DNA from: Candidatus Delongbacteria bacterium
GTDB lineage: Bacteria; CAIWAD01
Assembly (NCBI GenBank): GCA_963663545.1
Contig: OY760505.1
Location: forward strand, 3,424,001 to 3,488,000
Length of the DNA stretch: 64,000 nt
Reading direction: 5' to 3'
Part shown: one piece after another, positions 31,573 through 42,326 of the stretch
How the letters are laid out: each line of letters starts with the position of its first letter
Numbering within the stretch: the stretch's first letter is position 1
Made by a program: the position numbers and the translations under genes
The notes under the pieces: generated by a model
What the model was told of the DNA's origin: nothing
What the model saw: only the letters and a program-made list of their open reading frames with translations
Databases searched by the model: none

Positions 31573-32004
31573 CTATTTCGTTCGGGCGCGATCCAGATCG
31601 CGCCTTTCCTTTTTTGTCGGGCGTCCTTTGCGGGAAGCCGCTTGGGCGCGCGCCATCTGATTCATCATGCGAACGTAGTCGCGCTGCTCCTCGTCGAGGC
31701 CGCTGAGCTGCTGCTGCTCTTCGACCATGTGATACAATTCACGCGCCTCGGCCGCAGGAATACTGCGCTCGGCCAAGCCCTTTACGGTCAACGTAAACCT
31801 TCTGCTGCCCTTTGCTACTTCGATCTGGTCTTCGAGCTTCAACACGCGTCCGGCTTTGGCGCGTTTGCCATCCATGCGAACATGCCCAGCGGTAATCGCA
31901 TCCGTTGCCTGAGTGCGCGTTTTATAGATACGCGCGATCTGCAGCCATTTGTCAAGTCGGACTTCCGCTTGGGGCGCGGCCTGCTGATTCATGTCTTTCC
32001 TCAC
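31573..32004 (-). CDS. hslR: Ribosome-associated heat shock protein Hsp15 (S4 domain)
   Basis: VRLDKWL...KTRTQA; GRPTKKERRDL. Confidence 0.88.
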   Translation of the reverse strand: MRKDMNQQAAPQAEVRLDKWLQIARIYKTRTQATDAITAGHVRMDGKRAKAGRVLKLEDQIEVAKGSRRFTLTVKGLAERSIPAAEARELYHMVEEQQQLSGLDEEQRDYVRMMNQMARAQAASRKGRPTKKERRDLDRARTK

Positions 32005-32166
32005 GGCTTCTTTCTTTTGTCGGAATAAATGTGCAAAATACCGGTTTTGCGCGCATGTCGCGACGACCCGCGACAGCGGCTTTCAGTTACTCGCCGGTGG
32101 TGTCTGTCATGAGCTTGCATTACTTCGCGACATGATTTGATGCGCTGGCTTAAGCCCGAGGATAGC

Positions 32167-33327
32167 ATGAACTCCTACCTGTTTACCAGTGAAAGCGTGA
32201 CGGAAGGGCATCCCGACAAACTCTGTGATCGCGTCAGCGATGCGGTGTTGGATGCTTGCCTGGAACTGGATGCCAATGCCCGTGTCGCCTGCGAGTGTTT
32301 TGTCAAAGGTTTCGGCCACGACAGCCATCTGATCGTTGGTGGTGAAATCAGTCTTCGCGAAGGCGTGACACGTCCGGATTACGAGGCTGTGGCCCGGCAG
32401 GCCGTTCGTGAGATCGGTTACACCGACAATGCTTTGGGCATGGATGCGGACAGCGCCCGCGTGTATCTGGCGATTAGCACCCAGAGTGTAGACATCGCAC
32501 TTGGCGTGGATGAAGACAAAGTGCACAACAAGGATCAGGGAGCTGGCGACCAGGGCTTGATGTTTGGCTTTGCTTCCCGCGAGACAAACGCTTATCTGCC
32601 CATGCCCATCTATTTGGCGCACCAGCTGACCATGCGCCTGAGTACCGTTCGCAAGCAGGGCATCCTGCCCTGGGTTCGTCCTGATGGAAAGAGCCAGGTC
32701 AGTGTGCGCTATATCGATGGCCGTCCGACAAATGTAGAAGCTGTTGTCGTGTCCACGCAGCACAATGAGAGCATTGAGCTGGATGAAATACGCCGGCAGA
32801 TTCAGCAGGATGTGATCGATCCCATCATCAGCGAGGATCTGCACGCTGACAACATGGCGGTGCATATCAATCCAACCGGCAAGTTCGTTATCGGCGGCCC
32901 CTGGGGCGACGCTGGCCTGACCGGTCGCAAAATCATCGTCGACACCTACGGCGGTATGGGACGTCATGGCGGCGGCGCTTTCTCGGGCAAGGATCCCAGC
33001 AAGGTTGATCGCAGTGCTGCCTATGCTGCGCGTTGGGTTGCCAAGAACCTGGTTGCCGCCGAAGCCGCCTTCCGTTGCGAGATTCAGTTGGCCTATGCCA
33101 TTGGTGTAGCTCAACCCGTCTCCATCATGGTCAATACTTTCGGTACCGGTGTTCGCCCGGACAACGAACTTGAGCGCGTGGTGCGTGAGAAGTTCGATCT
33201 ACGTCCCGCGGCCATCATCGAGCGCTTGAATCTGAAGCGCCCCATTTACAAAGAGACCAGTTCCTATGGCCATTTCGGGCGCGAGGGCTTCAGCTGGGAG
33301 CAGCTGGATATGGTGGATGCTTTTTAA
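32167..33327 (+). CDS. metK: S-adenosylmethionine synthetase
   Basis: [28 protein letters not shown]. Confidence 0.98.
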   Translation: MNSYLFTSESVTEGHPDKLCDRVSDAVLDACLELDANARVACECFVKGFGHDSHLIVGGEISLREGVTRPDYEAVARQAVREIGYTDNALGMDADSARVYLAISTQSVDIALGVDEDKVHNKDQGAGDQGLMFGFASRETNAYLPMPIYLAHQLTMRLSTVRKQGILPWVRPDGKSQVSVRYIDGRPTNVEAVVVSTQHNESIELDEIRRQIQQDVIDPIISEDLHADNMAVHINPTGKFVIGGPWGDAGLTGRKIIVDTYGGMGRHGGGAFSGKDPSKVDRSAAYAARWVAKNLVAAEAAFRCEIQLAYAIGVAQPVSIMVNTFGTGVRPDNELERVVREKFDLRPAAIIERLNLKRPIYKETSSYGHFGREGFSWEQLDMVDAF

Positions 33328-33333
33328 GGAGTC

Positions 33334-34752
33334 ATGATGCACGAGCAGGATTTTAAAGTAGCAGACCTTGGCCTGGCCGAATTCGGCCGCAAGGAACTCT
33401 CGATTGCCGAGAAAGAGATGCCCGGTTTGATGGCGGTGCGTGAGAAGTACGGACCGCAGAAGCCGCTGAAGGGACAGCGCGTGATGGGCTCCCTGCACAT
33501 GACGGTACAAACCGCGGTGCTCATTGAGACGCTGGTGGAGCTGGGAGCCGAAGTGCGCTGGTGCAGCTGCAATATCTTTAGCACCCAGGATCATGCCGCC
33601 GCTGCCATCGCTAAGGCGGGGATCCCCGTTTTTGCCTGGAAGGGCGAGACCTTGGCCGAGTATTGGTGGTGTACGCGCCGTGCACTGGACTTTGGTAGTG
33701 GCAAAGGACCAACCCTCATCGTAGATGATGGTGGTGACGCCACCTTGATGGTTCATCTGGGCGTGGAACTTGAGAAGCTCTATGCGAGCAAGAATGAGCT
33801 CCCTGCCATCAGCGCTGAAGGCGAGGACGAACGGGAGTTGCGCAAGCTGCTGCATGAGATGATTCCCGCCAACAAGGATTACTGGCAGTCCGTGGCCAAG
33901 GAAATTTGCGGTGTCAGCGAAGAGACCACTACCGGCGTTCATCGTCTGTATCAGATGCTGGAGCAGGGCAAGCTGCTTTTCCCGGCGATCAACGTTAACG
34001 ACAGTGTCACCAAGAGCAAGTTCGATAACCTATATGGCTGCCGCGAAAGCCTGGCAGACGGCATCAAGCGCGCGACCGATGTGATGGTTGCCGGCAAGAC
34101 GGTGGTTGTCTGCGGATATGGCGATGTAGGCAAGGGCTGTGCCCAATCCATGCGTGGTTTTGGTGCCAAAGTGATCGTGACGGAAATTGATCCGATTTGC
34201 GCTTTGCAGGCCGCAATGGCTGGTTTGCCGGTGCAGAAGCTCGAGGATGTGTTGGCGCAGGGCGACATCTTTGTAACCACTACTGGTAACAAGGATGTGA
34301 TCCGTGCCGACCACATGGCCGGAATGAAGGATCAAGCTATCGTGTGCAACATCGGCCACTTTGATAACGAGATCCAAGTCGCTCAGCTCGAGAACTGGCC
34401 CGGCGTTGAGAAGCTCAATATCAAGCCGCAGGTGGATTGCTACACCTTCGAGGACGGGCATCAGATCTATCTGCTGGCTGAGGGCCGGTTGGTCAACCTG
34501 GGCTGTGCTACTGGACATCCCAGTTTTGTGATGTCGACTTCCTTCACCAACCAATGCCTGGCGCAGATTGCACTAGCCACTGAGCACCATCCCATTGGGG
34601 TAACGATGCTTTCCAAGGAGCTTGACGAAGAAGTCGCGCGCCTGCATCTGGCCAAACTGGGCGTTGTCCTGACGCAGCTCACCAAGGAACAGGCCGATTA
34701 TATCGGTGTTCCGGTTGAAGGTCCGTACAAGCCGGAGCACTACCGCTACTAG
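33334..34752 (+). CDS. ahcY: Adenosylhomocysteinase
   Basis: [35 protein letters not shown]. Confidence 0.98.
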   Translation: MMHEQDFKVADLGLAEFGRKELSIAEKEMPGLMAVREKYGPQKPLKGQRVMGSLHMTVQTAVLIETLVELGAEVRWCSCNIFSTQDHAAAAIAKAGIPVFAWKGETLAEYWWCTRRALDFGSGKGPTLIVDDGGDATLMVHLGVELEKLYASKNELPAISAEGEDERELRKLLHEMIPANKDYWQSVAKEICGVSEETTTGVHRLYQMLEQGKLLFPAINVNDSVTKSKFDNLYGCRESLADGIKRATDVMVAGKTVVVCGYGDVGKGCAQSMRGFGAKVIVTEIDPICALQAAMAGLPVQKLEDVLAQGDIFVTTTGNKDVIRADHMAGMKDQAIVCNIGHFDNEIQVAQLENWPGVEKLNIKPQVDCYTFEDGHQIYLLAEGRLVNLGCATGHPSFVMSTSFTNQCLAQIALATEHHPIGVTMLSKELDEEVARLHLAKLGVVLTQLTKEQADYIGVPVEGPYKPEHYRY

Positions 34753-34823
34753 TTGTGGTGCCGTATGGCGCTTTACAGTCGTCGGGTGTTCGATCCGGCA
34801 TCCGCGAGCCTGCTGAAAACATC

Positions 34824-34858
34824 AAAGGGTGGTCCATTGGGTCACCCTTTTCTCTTTT
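34824..34858 (+). terminator. Terminator after ahcY
   Basis: AAAGGGTGGTCC-att-GGGTCACCCTTT plus T-rich tail. Confidence 0.8.
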
Positions 34859-34923
34859 CATCCTAAGTATACACGGCTATCTTGGCGATAACATTGGACA
34901 GAAGTTCAGTTAGAGGACGCGCC

Positions 34924-36888
34924 ATGCAAACAAAATCCCTGTTGCTGATACCGCTGCTGGCGATACTGATTGGCTGTGAGATACCGGATCTGGACGAGAT
35001 CGAGAACACCTCATGGACAATTCCAGTCAGTCTGATCACAAGCCCCGATACCTTGTTCATGCAGGATCTGTCCAACAGTGACGGCTACTATTTCAATGAT
35101 TCGGGCGTGCTGGTTTTCAGCGAAGAGATTGACACGGTCTATGTGCATGTGGGAGACAGCTTGCGTTGGCAGCGCACAAGCAACACTTATCAGGTGGCGA
35201 TGCCACCCATTGTTTTTCGCAATGCTGGTGGTTGCAGCAGTGAGGCCGAGTTAAGCGAGCTCTTTCCCGCTGCTGAAGGTTTGATCGGCAGTGTGACACA
35301 AATCGAGCAGAGCCTGGAGTTTTCCGGTGCCCGAGAGCTTAGTACAGCGGATGACCTGGACTGGATTGCCGCGCGCGAGGGCAGTTACTATACGATAAAT
35401 TTGTATCACACACTGCCCTTTGCTCTCGACGAACTCAATCTGAGGCTTGAGAACAGCCAGAGTGAGGACCTTGGCAGTACAACGCTGACTGCCACCGGAG
35501 GGCTTCAGCCTGGGCAAACGTACTCATCTGTGCTGCCTGTCTCCGGACTCATCACCAATAGCAACCTCATGAACTTGAGCGGCGCTAGCTTGCCCATGGA
35601 TGCTCCGGCATTGATTGAGAATGGATCGCTGCAGCTGGAGTTGCTGATCAGCTACTGTGAAGCGGATAGCGCGCGAGCTATTGTGCAGGAGCAGATCGTG
35701 ACACATCTGGATTCCCTGGCTGGTGACGAGAGACTGAATCTCGATCGTGCGCTTGCGGATAGCTTGAAGGTACAATTCATAACCACCAACGGACTGGGAG
35801 TGCCAATCGAGTTGGAACTGGCATTCGAGGATTTGTGTCACGATTCTCTGAAGATGAATCCCTTGGTGCTCAACCAGAGCCTCGCCGTTGGCGAAACAGT
35901 CACTTCTACTCATCGTGATACATTGTGGATCGTACCCGATCGTGCTACGGGTACTGATCTTCAATACCTCAATTTCCAGGCGAACGTCGTTGTGCCTGCG
36001 ACAGAGAGCTTTTCTACGCTGCGTTCGGGCGATATTCTGGAGCTGGAGCTTGCCGTGGATCACGCCAGGTTGCGAGTGCTTGAGGGAATGTACCGAACCG
36101 ACCAGCAGGTTGTGATCGACGGCGGACCGCGCGATTTTGACGAGTTCCCTCCAGAACTTCAAACCTTGAGCATGCGGGATTTGGACCTGCTATTGGGGCT
36201 GGACAGCGACCTCCGTTCCGATGTCGTTTTTTCGCTGGACCTTGGCGTGACCAGCCGCTTTTCGGAGCAGGATACGGTGTATCACATCGTGACTGTCCTA
36301 CCCGGGCTGTCGCAGGAACTTACCGTACCACGTCTGGGCCGAGTGCTGTCGCACTTGCCTAGTGTGATTGATGTGGGCGGAATGGTCACGATCCCTGCCG
36401 GTCAGGAGTTTGCTCTGCGTGATACAAGCGAAGTTGGGATTCTTTCTTTCCGCCTTCCGCTGGAATTGCAGATCAACAGCTTGCTTTGGGATAGTGAACC
36501 TGAGCTTTCCAATGATCCTGTTCCAGAGGAAATGTCTCAGGTGACTGCACATTGTTGGGTTCGCAGCCGCGTTCCGCTAGGAGGAAGTATCACCGCCTGG
36601 GCCAGTCCGTCAGGTGTCGTAGGCGGTGATGATGCCGTGGAACTCTTCGACAATACACTTGCCGCGGCGGTCTGGAGTGAGGGAAGTGTCGCTGAAGTAC
36701 AGGACACTCTGAGCTTCGCTTTAAGCGATGCCGCAGTTGATGTATTACGAGGCGATGACTGGTACACCTGGTTCCGCTTCACTGCCAATTCGCAGGACGA
36801 GGTGATACAGCTGAGGAACGACCAATGGCTGATTGTTCAGCTGTTTGTTGAACTCGAGTACGATGTAGATTTGCACGGGGAGGAGTAG
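34924..36888 (+). CDS. Large acidic lipoprotein of unknown function
   Basis: Lipobox LIGC after a hydrophobic leader; beta-rich composition; RBS GAGGA. Confidence 0.75.
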   Translation: MQTKSLLLIPLLAILIGCEIPDLDEIENTSWTIPVSLITSPDTLFMQDLSNSDGYYFNDSGVLVFSEEIDTVYVHVGDSLRWQRTSNTYQVAMPPIVFRNAGGCSSEAELSELFPAAEGLIGSVTQIEQSLEFSGARELSTADDLDWIAAREGSYYTINLYHTLPFALDELNLRLENSQSEDLGSTTLTATGGLQPGQTYSSVLPVSGLITNSNLMNLSGASLPMDAPALIENGSLQLELLISYCEADSARAIVQEQIVTHLDSLAGDERLNLDRALADSLKVQFITTNGLGVPIELELAFEDLCHDSLKMNPLVLNQSLAVGETVTSTHRDTLWIVPDRATGTDLQYLNFQANVVVPATESFSTLRSGDILELELAVDHARLRVLEGMYRTDQQVVIDGGPRDFDEFPPELQTLSMRDLDLLLGLDSDLRSDVVFSLDLGVTSRFSEQDTVYHIVTVLPGLSQELTVPRLGRVLSHLPSVIDVGGMVTIPAGQEFALRDTSEVGILSFRLPLELQINSLLWDSEPELSNDPVPEEMSQVTAHCWVRSRVPLGGSITAWASPSGVVGGDDAVELFDNTLAAAVWSEGSVAEVQDTLSFALSDAAVDVLRGDDWYTWFRFTANSQDEVIQLRNDQWLIVQLFVELEYDVDLHGEE

Positions 36889-36889
36889 G

Positions 36890-38233
36890 ATGATGCGTGA
36901 TGCAAAACATGCTCTGCTCTCTGTGCTGTTGTTGGCCGCAGTTTCCTTTGCTGCAAATGCAAGCTATCGGCCTCCATCGCTCCTTGGTGGCGCTGACCGG
37001 TTGCTGTCAGGATCAGCCGTGGGCGCTAGTCTTTCGCCGGCTCTGTGTGTCGCAGCTTCGTACAAGGATACGGAGAACATCTACGATCATTTCTGGTTCG
37101 GAGTGAATCCACGCTTTAGTCTGCTGAATGAGTCGCTTTCCCTGAAGCTGGTTAACGACTATATCGGCCACTCCCTGAACGACGATGACAAACGCGCTCT
37201 GCTGGACGATCTAGGTACGTCGCTGCACCTTCATCAGCGCTTCACGATCGTTCCTCTGGCAAGCCAGATTCCCCTTACCCTGAATCCCGTGACACAAACA
37301 AAGGGTTGTATCACGGCCAGCCTGGAAGCCGCTACTTGCGGCCGCGTTGCCCTGGATACGCATGCGCTCGAGCTGGCCTTTTTCGGTAATGACCCAACAC
37401 AGGCCATTGAAGTGAAGAGCGCAGACGTTGACGGTTGGGCTACCAGCCGTTTGCATCTCGCTTGGGGTCAAAACCTGCCCGTCGACTGGTTGCAGTCCAA
37501 GTGGCGTGCGGGACTGGCTTTGAACATTGAGCGGGGCCTGTACTACTACGAAACTCTCGAATCCCACTTGCGCGTGGAGCCGCTGAATGGTCTTGTTGCG
37601 AGTGATGCAAGCTATCGAAGCCTGCACGCCACTTCAGGAAGTGGTTACAGCTTCGACCTTGGCTTGGGCATGGATACGGAAGTGCTTGGCCGCTCCCTGC
37701 GCGTGGAGTTGGTTCTAACAGATTTGCTGCATCACCAGAGTTGGACCGATGCCGAGCTGGATAGCATGGTGTATCACGTGCCGGGCACATTGATCAACAC
37801 TGATTTCGATGCTGACGACTTCTCGGATTCCATCGAAGACAGCACATTGACGAGGGATCACGATGATTTCTCACGCAGCTATGCACCCGGACTGCGACTT
37901 GGAGTGAGTTGGCAGCGCACGGGACACTGGAAAGACGCTGTTTTGCTGGAATTGGAAAGCGAGAGCGTACTCCCTGAACGCGAAACAACCCTATCTTACT
38001 ACACGCGCTGGAGCCCGGGTCGTGGCCGCTTCCACATGGGTGGCGAGATTGCCGTCGGTCTGGGAGTCGGTCCCAGCTATGGATGTGATACAGGCCTCCT
38101 GCTGGGACCGATGCGAATCGGGCGTGTGGACTTGGGAATGTTGTATCTGGGGCTGGCAGGCAAAGGTTTCACCGGTTTGCTCAACAGCTCCCGTGGCGTG
38201 TACTTCGGATTCAGTCTGGGCCTGATGCGGTGA
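36890..38233 (+). CDS. Probable outer-membrane beta-barrel protein (DUF5723/TraF-like)
   Basis: Signal peptide; GSGYSFDLGLG; amphipathic C-terminal strand GVYFGFSLGL. Confidence 0.6.
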   Translation: MMRDAKHALLSVLLLAAVSFAANASYRPPSLLGGADRLLSGSAVGASLSPALCVAASYKDTENIYDHFWFGVNPRFSLLNESLSLKLVNDYIGHSLNDDDKRALLDDLGTSLHLHQRFTIVPLASQIPLTLNPVTQTKGCITASLEAATCGRVALDTHALELAFFGNDPTQAIEVKSADVDGWATSRLHLAWGQNLPVDWLQSKWRAGLALNIERGLYYYETLESHLRVEPLNGLVASDASYRSLHATSGSGYSFDLGLGMDTEVLGRSLRVELVLTDLLHHQSWTDAELDSMVYHVPGTLINTDFDADDFSDSIEDSTLTRDHDDFSRSYAPGLRLGVSWQRTGHWKDAVLLELESESVLPERETTLSYYTRWSPGRGRFHMGGEIAVGLGVGPSYGCDTGLLLGPMRIGRVDLGMLYLGLAGKGFTGLLNSSRGVYFGFSLGLMR

Positions 38234-38263
38234 CACATCCGGCCCGGCTCAACAGGAGAGCCC

Positions 38264-38965
38264 ATGGCGGATGTGCTGATTTCCCTGAATGATCTCAAAC
38301 GTCATTACCAGCTTGGCGGCGAGACCGTTTGCGCCCTCGATGGTGTTGACCTGCAGATTCGCCGAGGCGAGTACCTCGCCATCATGGGCCCCAGTGGCAG
38401 CGGCAAAAGCACCTTGATGAACCTGCTGGGGCTCCTGGATCAACCTACGTCCGGCAACTTGATCCTGGATGGCCAGGAGATCTCTTCAATCAAGGATGAC
38501 AAAGAACTCTCCCGCATTCGTGGCCGGGAAATCGGCTTCGTTTTCCAAACCTTCAATCTATTGCCGCGCTCATCAGCGTTGGAGAATGTCGAGCTGCCCT
38601 TGATCTATCAGGGCGTTTCCGTACAGGAACGTCGTGAACGGGCGATCGCGGTACTCAAGAGAGTCGGCCTGGAGGATCGCCTGGATCACATGCCTGCGCA
38701 GATGTCGGGAGGACAGCGGCAGCGTGTTGCTGTAGCACGCGCATTGGTTACGGATCCAAGTCTGTTACTAGCCGATGAGCCCACCGGCAACCTTGATTCC
38801 CGCACGGGTGAAGAGATCATGGAGCTGTTTCATGAGTTGCACAGGCAGGGTAACACATTGATTGTTGTGACACACGAAGACGAGGTCGCGGCCCATGCGG
38901 AGCGTGTGATACGATTGCGCGATGGCCGGCTGGAACAGGACAGTTCTCAGCGGAGGCCGGCATGA
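38264..38965 (+). CDS. ABC transporter ATP-binding protein (MacB/LolD-like)
   Basis: [43 protein letters not shown]. Confidence 0.95.
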   Translation: MADVLISLNDLKRHYQLGGETVCALDGVDLQIRRGEYLAIMGPSGSGKSTLMNLLGLLDQPTSGNLILDGQEISSIKDDKELSRIRGREIGFVFQTFNLLPRSSALENVELPLIYQGVSVQERRERAIAVLKRVGLEDRLDHMPAQMSGGQRQRVAVARALVTDPSLLLADEPTGNLDSRTGEEIMELFHELHRQGNTLIVVTHEDEVAAHAERVIRLRDGRLEQDSSQRRPA

Positions 38966-40146
38966 GTGAACACCTAAAGGCCGGTGCGCTTCCTGCCTTG
39001 AACGAACTCCGTGCCCAGTTTTCGTTGCGAGCGGACGTGTGTTACCTCAATCATGGCGCTTGTGGAGCTTGCCCGCGTAGCGTGATGGAGGAATGGCAAC
39101 GCTGGCAGTGGCTCATGGAGGAAGAACCCGCCGAGTTTCTCTTTCATGACAGCGATGAATTCTTGCCAGAGGCCCGACGCGTACTTGCTGAGCGTCTTGG
39201 TGCACGGCAGCAGGACCTGGTATTCTTCGAGAATGTCACGACAGCACTGAATGCTGTGATACGAAGCCTGAATCTACAAGCGGGTGACGAGATACTGACA
39301 ACGGACCATGAGTACGGCGCCCTGATCAAAGCCTGGGACTACGTCTGTGCCCGTACAGGTGCACGGTTGGTGAAGGCGCCGCTGGATCTTCCCCTGGCGA
39401 GTCCGAACGAAGTATGTAACCAGGTGATGGCTCACGCATCGGAGCGCACTCGCGTTCTTTTCGTGAGTCACATTAGCTCGCCTACTGCCATCTGCATGCC
39501 CGTGGCGGAGTTGATTTCGCGCGCTAGAATCGCTGGCATTCTAAGCCTTATTGACGGGGCCCACAGTCCCGGCCAAGTGGAGCTGAATCTGGATGCTTTA
39601 GGTGCGGATTTCTACGGCGGAAATTGCCACAAGTGGTTAATGGCACCTCCGGGTGCGGCCTTTCTGCATGTAAAAGAAGAGCATCAGGCAATGATGCAGC
39701 CGCTGGTTGTCAGTTGGGGGTGGGGCAACGCGGACATTCGTGAGACACGATTCTTAGACGAACAACAGTACCGTGGCACAAAGGATATCAGTCATTGGCT
39801 GGCCGTGCCTGCAGCCTGGGAGTTTCGCGACAAGTGGAATTGGTCTGGTGTATCACGACAGCGAGTGGAGTGGTTACGCGACTACGATGAAGATTTCCTG
39901 AAACTGCTGCGGTGCAAGTCCATGTATCACGAGGATTGGGATCCCTTCTTGCAGATGCGCATTTATGAAACACCATGGACGCTTCAACAGGCACCAGCAT
40001 TGCAGCGCGCTTTACGTGAACAGTATCGTATCACGGTACCTCTGACCGAGTGGCGCGGTCGGATCTTTGTTCGTCCCTCCTTGCAGGGATACAATGGAAG
40101 GCAGGATCTGGAAACTCTCCTGCTGGCTTTGGAAAAGCTGCTTTGA
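38962..40146 (+). CDS. Class V PLP aminotransferase (isopenicillin-N epimerase-like)
   Basis: YLNHGACG, IDGAH, GNCHKWLMAP. Confidence 0.88.
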   Translation: MSEHLKAGALPALNELRAQFSLRADVCYLNHGACGACPRSVMEEWQRWQWLMEEEPAEFLFHDSDEFLPEARRVLAERLGARQQDLVFFENVTTALNAVIRSLNLQAGDEILTTDHEYGALIKAWDYVCARTGARLVKAPLDLPLASPNEVCNQVMAHASERTRVLFVSHISSPTAICMPVAELISRARIAGILSLIDGAHSPGQVELNLDALGADFYGGNCHKWLMAPPGAAFLHVKEEHQAMMQPLVVSWGWGNADIRETRFLDEQQYRGTKDISHWLAVPAAWEFRDKWNWSGVSRQRVEWLRDYDEDFLKLLRCKSMYHEDWDPFLQMRIYETPWTLQQAPALQRALREQYRITVPLTEWRGRIFVRPSLQGYNGRQDLETLLLALEKLL

Positions 40147-40160
40147 CGCAGAAAGGATGC

Positions 40161-40913
40161 ATGATGAAATCCACCGTTGGCAGTACCTTCATCGAGAAAA
40201 CCTGTTATCAACACCTAGGTGAGAGCGATCAACGCCTGGGAGTACCGCAGCCACCACTGACGCGTCGCGCTGCACCGGATGCGGTGATCCACGACTTGCC
40301 TGTGATACCGGAGCAGATGAAGCGCGACCTCGTGAAGTTGATTGCAGATCGCCGAAGCCTACGCCGTTTTAGCGAACGGATCATCAGTCTGAAAGACCTC
40401 GCATGGCTACTGTGGAGCACCCAGGGCGTGACACGCGAGATCCAGGGTAAGGCTACCTTCCGCACCGTGCCGTCGGCTGGTGCGCGACATGCCTTTGAAA
40501 CACTGCTGATGATCAACAAGGTCGAGGGACTGACGCCTGGCTTGTACCGCTACATGGCCATGGAACACAAGCTGGAGCAGATCAGCTTGGACCCTGGACT
40601 CTGTGATGCAGTCTGCGAGGGTTGCCTGGGGCAAACCTTTGTGACACAAACCGCTGTCACTTTCCTTTGGGTCGCCGATGTCCAGCGCATGTGTTGGCGC
40701 TATCAGGAACGTGGCTACCGCTATCTTTTACTGGATGCCGGTCACGTGTGTCAGAACTTGTACTTGGCGGCGGAAGCCATTGATTGCGGTGTGTGTGCCA
40801 TTGCTGCCTATGATGATCACAAACTGAATCAGATCACGGGCTGCGATGGAGTTGATGACTTCGTGATCTACGTGGCCGGCCTGGGACCCAAGCCCACAGC
40901 TGAGCCAGCCTGA
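40161..40913 (+). CDS. SagB/ThcOx-family nitroreductase
   Basis: RRSLRRF, RTVPSAGARHAFE, RYQERGYRY, DAGHVCQNLYLAAEA. Confidence 0.9.
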   Translation: MMKSTVGSTFIEKTCYQHLGESDQRLGVPQPPLTRRAAPDAVIHDLPVIPEQMKRDLVKLIADRRSLRRFSERIISLKDLAWLLWSTQGVTREIQGKATFRTVPSAGARHAFETLLMINKVEGLTPGLYRYMAMEHKLEQISLDPGLCDAVCEGCLGQTFVTQTAVTFLWVADVQRMCWRYQERGYRYLLLDAGHVCQNLYLAAEAIDCGVCAIAAYDDHKLNQITGCDGVDDFVIYVAGLGPKPTAEPA

Positions 40914-40955
40914 TTCTAGTGATCCACTGTAGTATCCATCGAGCCTGGAGGACGC

Positions 40956-42323
40956 ATGAACCGCTGGACTATTCTGACGTTGGTACTAGTGGCATTGGCC
41001 GCTGTTTGGCCCATTTTGCGGAAGGCACATTGTGACACACAGAGTTTGCTGCCGCAACATCCTGAGTGGGTTGAGGGCCTAAGCCTTTATGAAGTCAATG
41101 TGCGCCAGTTCAGCACGAGTGGAGATCTGAAGGGCTTCCAAACGCATCTACCGCGTTTGCAGGAGTTGGGTGTGGGAATTTTGTGGCTGATGCCCGTGCA
41201 GCCCGTCGGCGAGCTGAATCGAAAGGGCAGTCTGGGGAGCCCCTACAGCATTCGCGACTACTGTGCGGTGAATCCCGATCTGGGCAGCTTGGATGATTTC
41301 CGAGCTGTGGTGCAAGAGGCCCATGAACGTGGCATGTATGTCATCCTTGACTGGGTGGCCAACCATTGCGCCTGGGACAATGAGTTGCTGGTGACACATC
41401 CAGAGTGGTTTACACGGAATGAGGCCGGAGAGATGATCCCGCCCGTGGCCGACTGGACCGATGTAGTGGATTTCGATTACAGCCAGCCTGGCTTGCGCCG
41501 CTATATGAGTGACGCCATGCTCTGGTGGCTGCGTGAGACGGACATCGACGGTTTTCGCTGCGATGTGGCTGGCATGGTGCCATTGGATTTCTGGGAGGAC
41601 GTTCGCCCGCGCCTTGAGGAAGTCAAGCCTGTGTTCATGTTGGCAGAGTGGGATGAACCTCAATTGCAGGCCACAGCCTTTGACATGAGTTATGCGTGGG
41701 ATCTGCATCACCTGCTGAACCACATCGCGCAGGGCCAGGCGGATGTGAAGGAGCTTCGCAAATGGATCGAAGCCGATGCGAAGCGTTATCGCCAGCACGA
41801 TATTCGCATGCTCTTCACGACCAATCACGACGAGAACAGCTGGAATGGAACGGAGCAGGAACGCATGGGCGCGGCCGCCGATGCCTGCTGGGTACTATGT
41901 GCGACTCTCAAGGGGATGCCACTGGTGTACACGGGCCAGGAGCTCCCTCTGGACAAGCGGCTTGCCTTCTTTGAGCACGATCCCGTCTGCTGGGTGCCCT
42001 CGGAGCGTGTGACACTGCTGCAGAAGATGCTAGAGCTGCGCCGCGAACACCCGGCGCTCTGGGCGGCGGAAGCGGGTTCTCCGGCACGTCTACTGAAGTG
42101 CAAGCCATCACGCGAATGCTTAGCCTTCACACGCAGCAATGGGAATGACCATGTGCTTGTGTTGATCAACTTCAGTAATCAGCCTGCAACGCTAAGACTC
42201 AAGACGAAAGCGGCGGATGTGGCTGGTCTGTGGCGTGATACACTTAGTGGGGAAGTCGTGGAACTCACGGGCCGTGATACACTACAGCTCCCCGCCTGGG
42301 GTTGTCAGGTCTTGGTGAGGTAA
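40956..42323 (+). CDS. GH13 alpha-amylase family glycosidase
   Basis: DWVANH, GFRCDVAG, LAEW, TNHDEN. Confidence 0.93.
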   Translation: MNRWTILTLVLVALAAVWPILRKAHCDTQSLLPQHPEWVEGLSLYEVNVRQFSTSGDLKGFQTHLPRLQELGVGILWLMPVQPVGELNRKGSLGSPYSIRDYCAVNPDLGSLDDFRAVVQEAHERGMYVILDWVANHCAWDNELLVTHPEWFTRNEAGEMIPPVADWTDVVDFDYSQPGLRRYMSDAMLWWLRETDIDGFRCDVAGMVPLDFWEDVRPRLEEVKPVFMLAEWDEPQLQATAFDMSYAWDLHHLLNHIAQGQADVKELRKWIEADAKRYRQHDIRMLFTTNHDENSWNGTEQERMGAAADACWVLCATLKGMPLVYTGQELPLDKRLAFFEHDPVCWVPSERVTLLQKMLELRREHPALWAAEAGSPARLLKCKPSRECLAFTRSNGNDHVLVLINFSNQPATLRLKTKAADVAGLWRDTLSGEVVELTGRDTLQLPAWGCQVLVR

Positions 42324-42326
42324 CCC

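Noticed and set aside
40161..40913. Azole RiPP cluster suggested by the SagB-like gene
   Set aside because: No YcaO, cyclodehydratase or precursor nearby; standalone members are common
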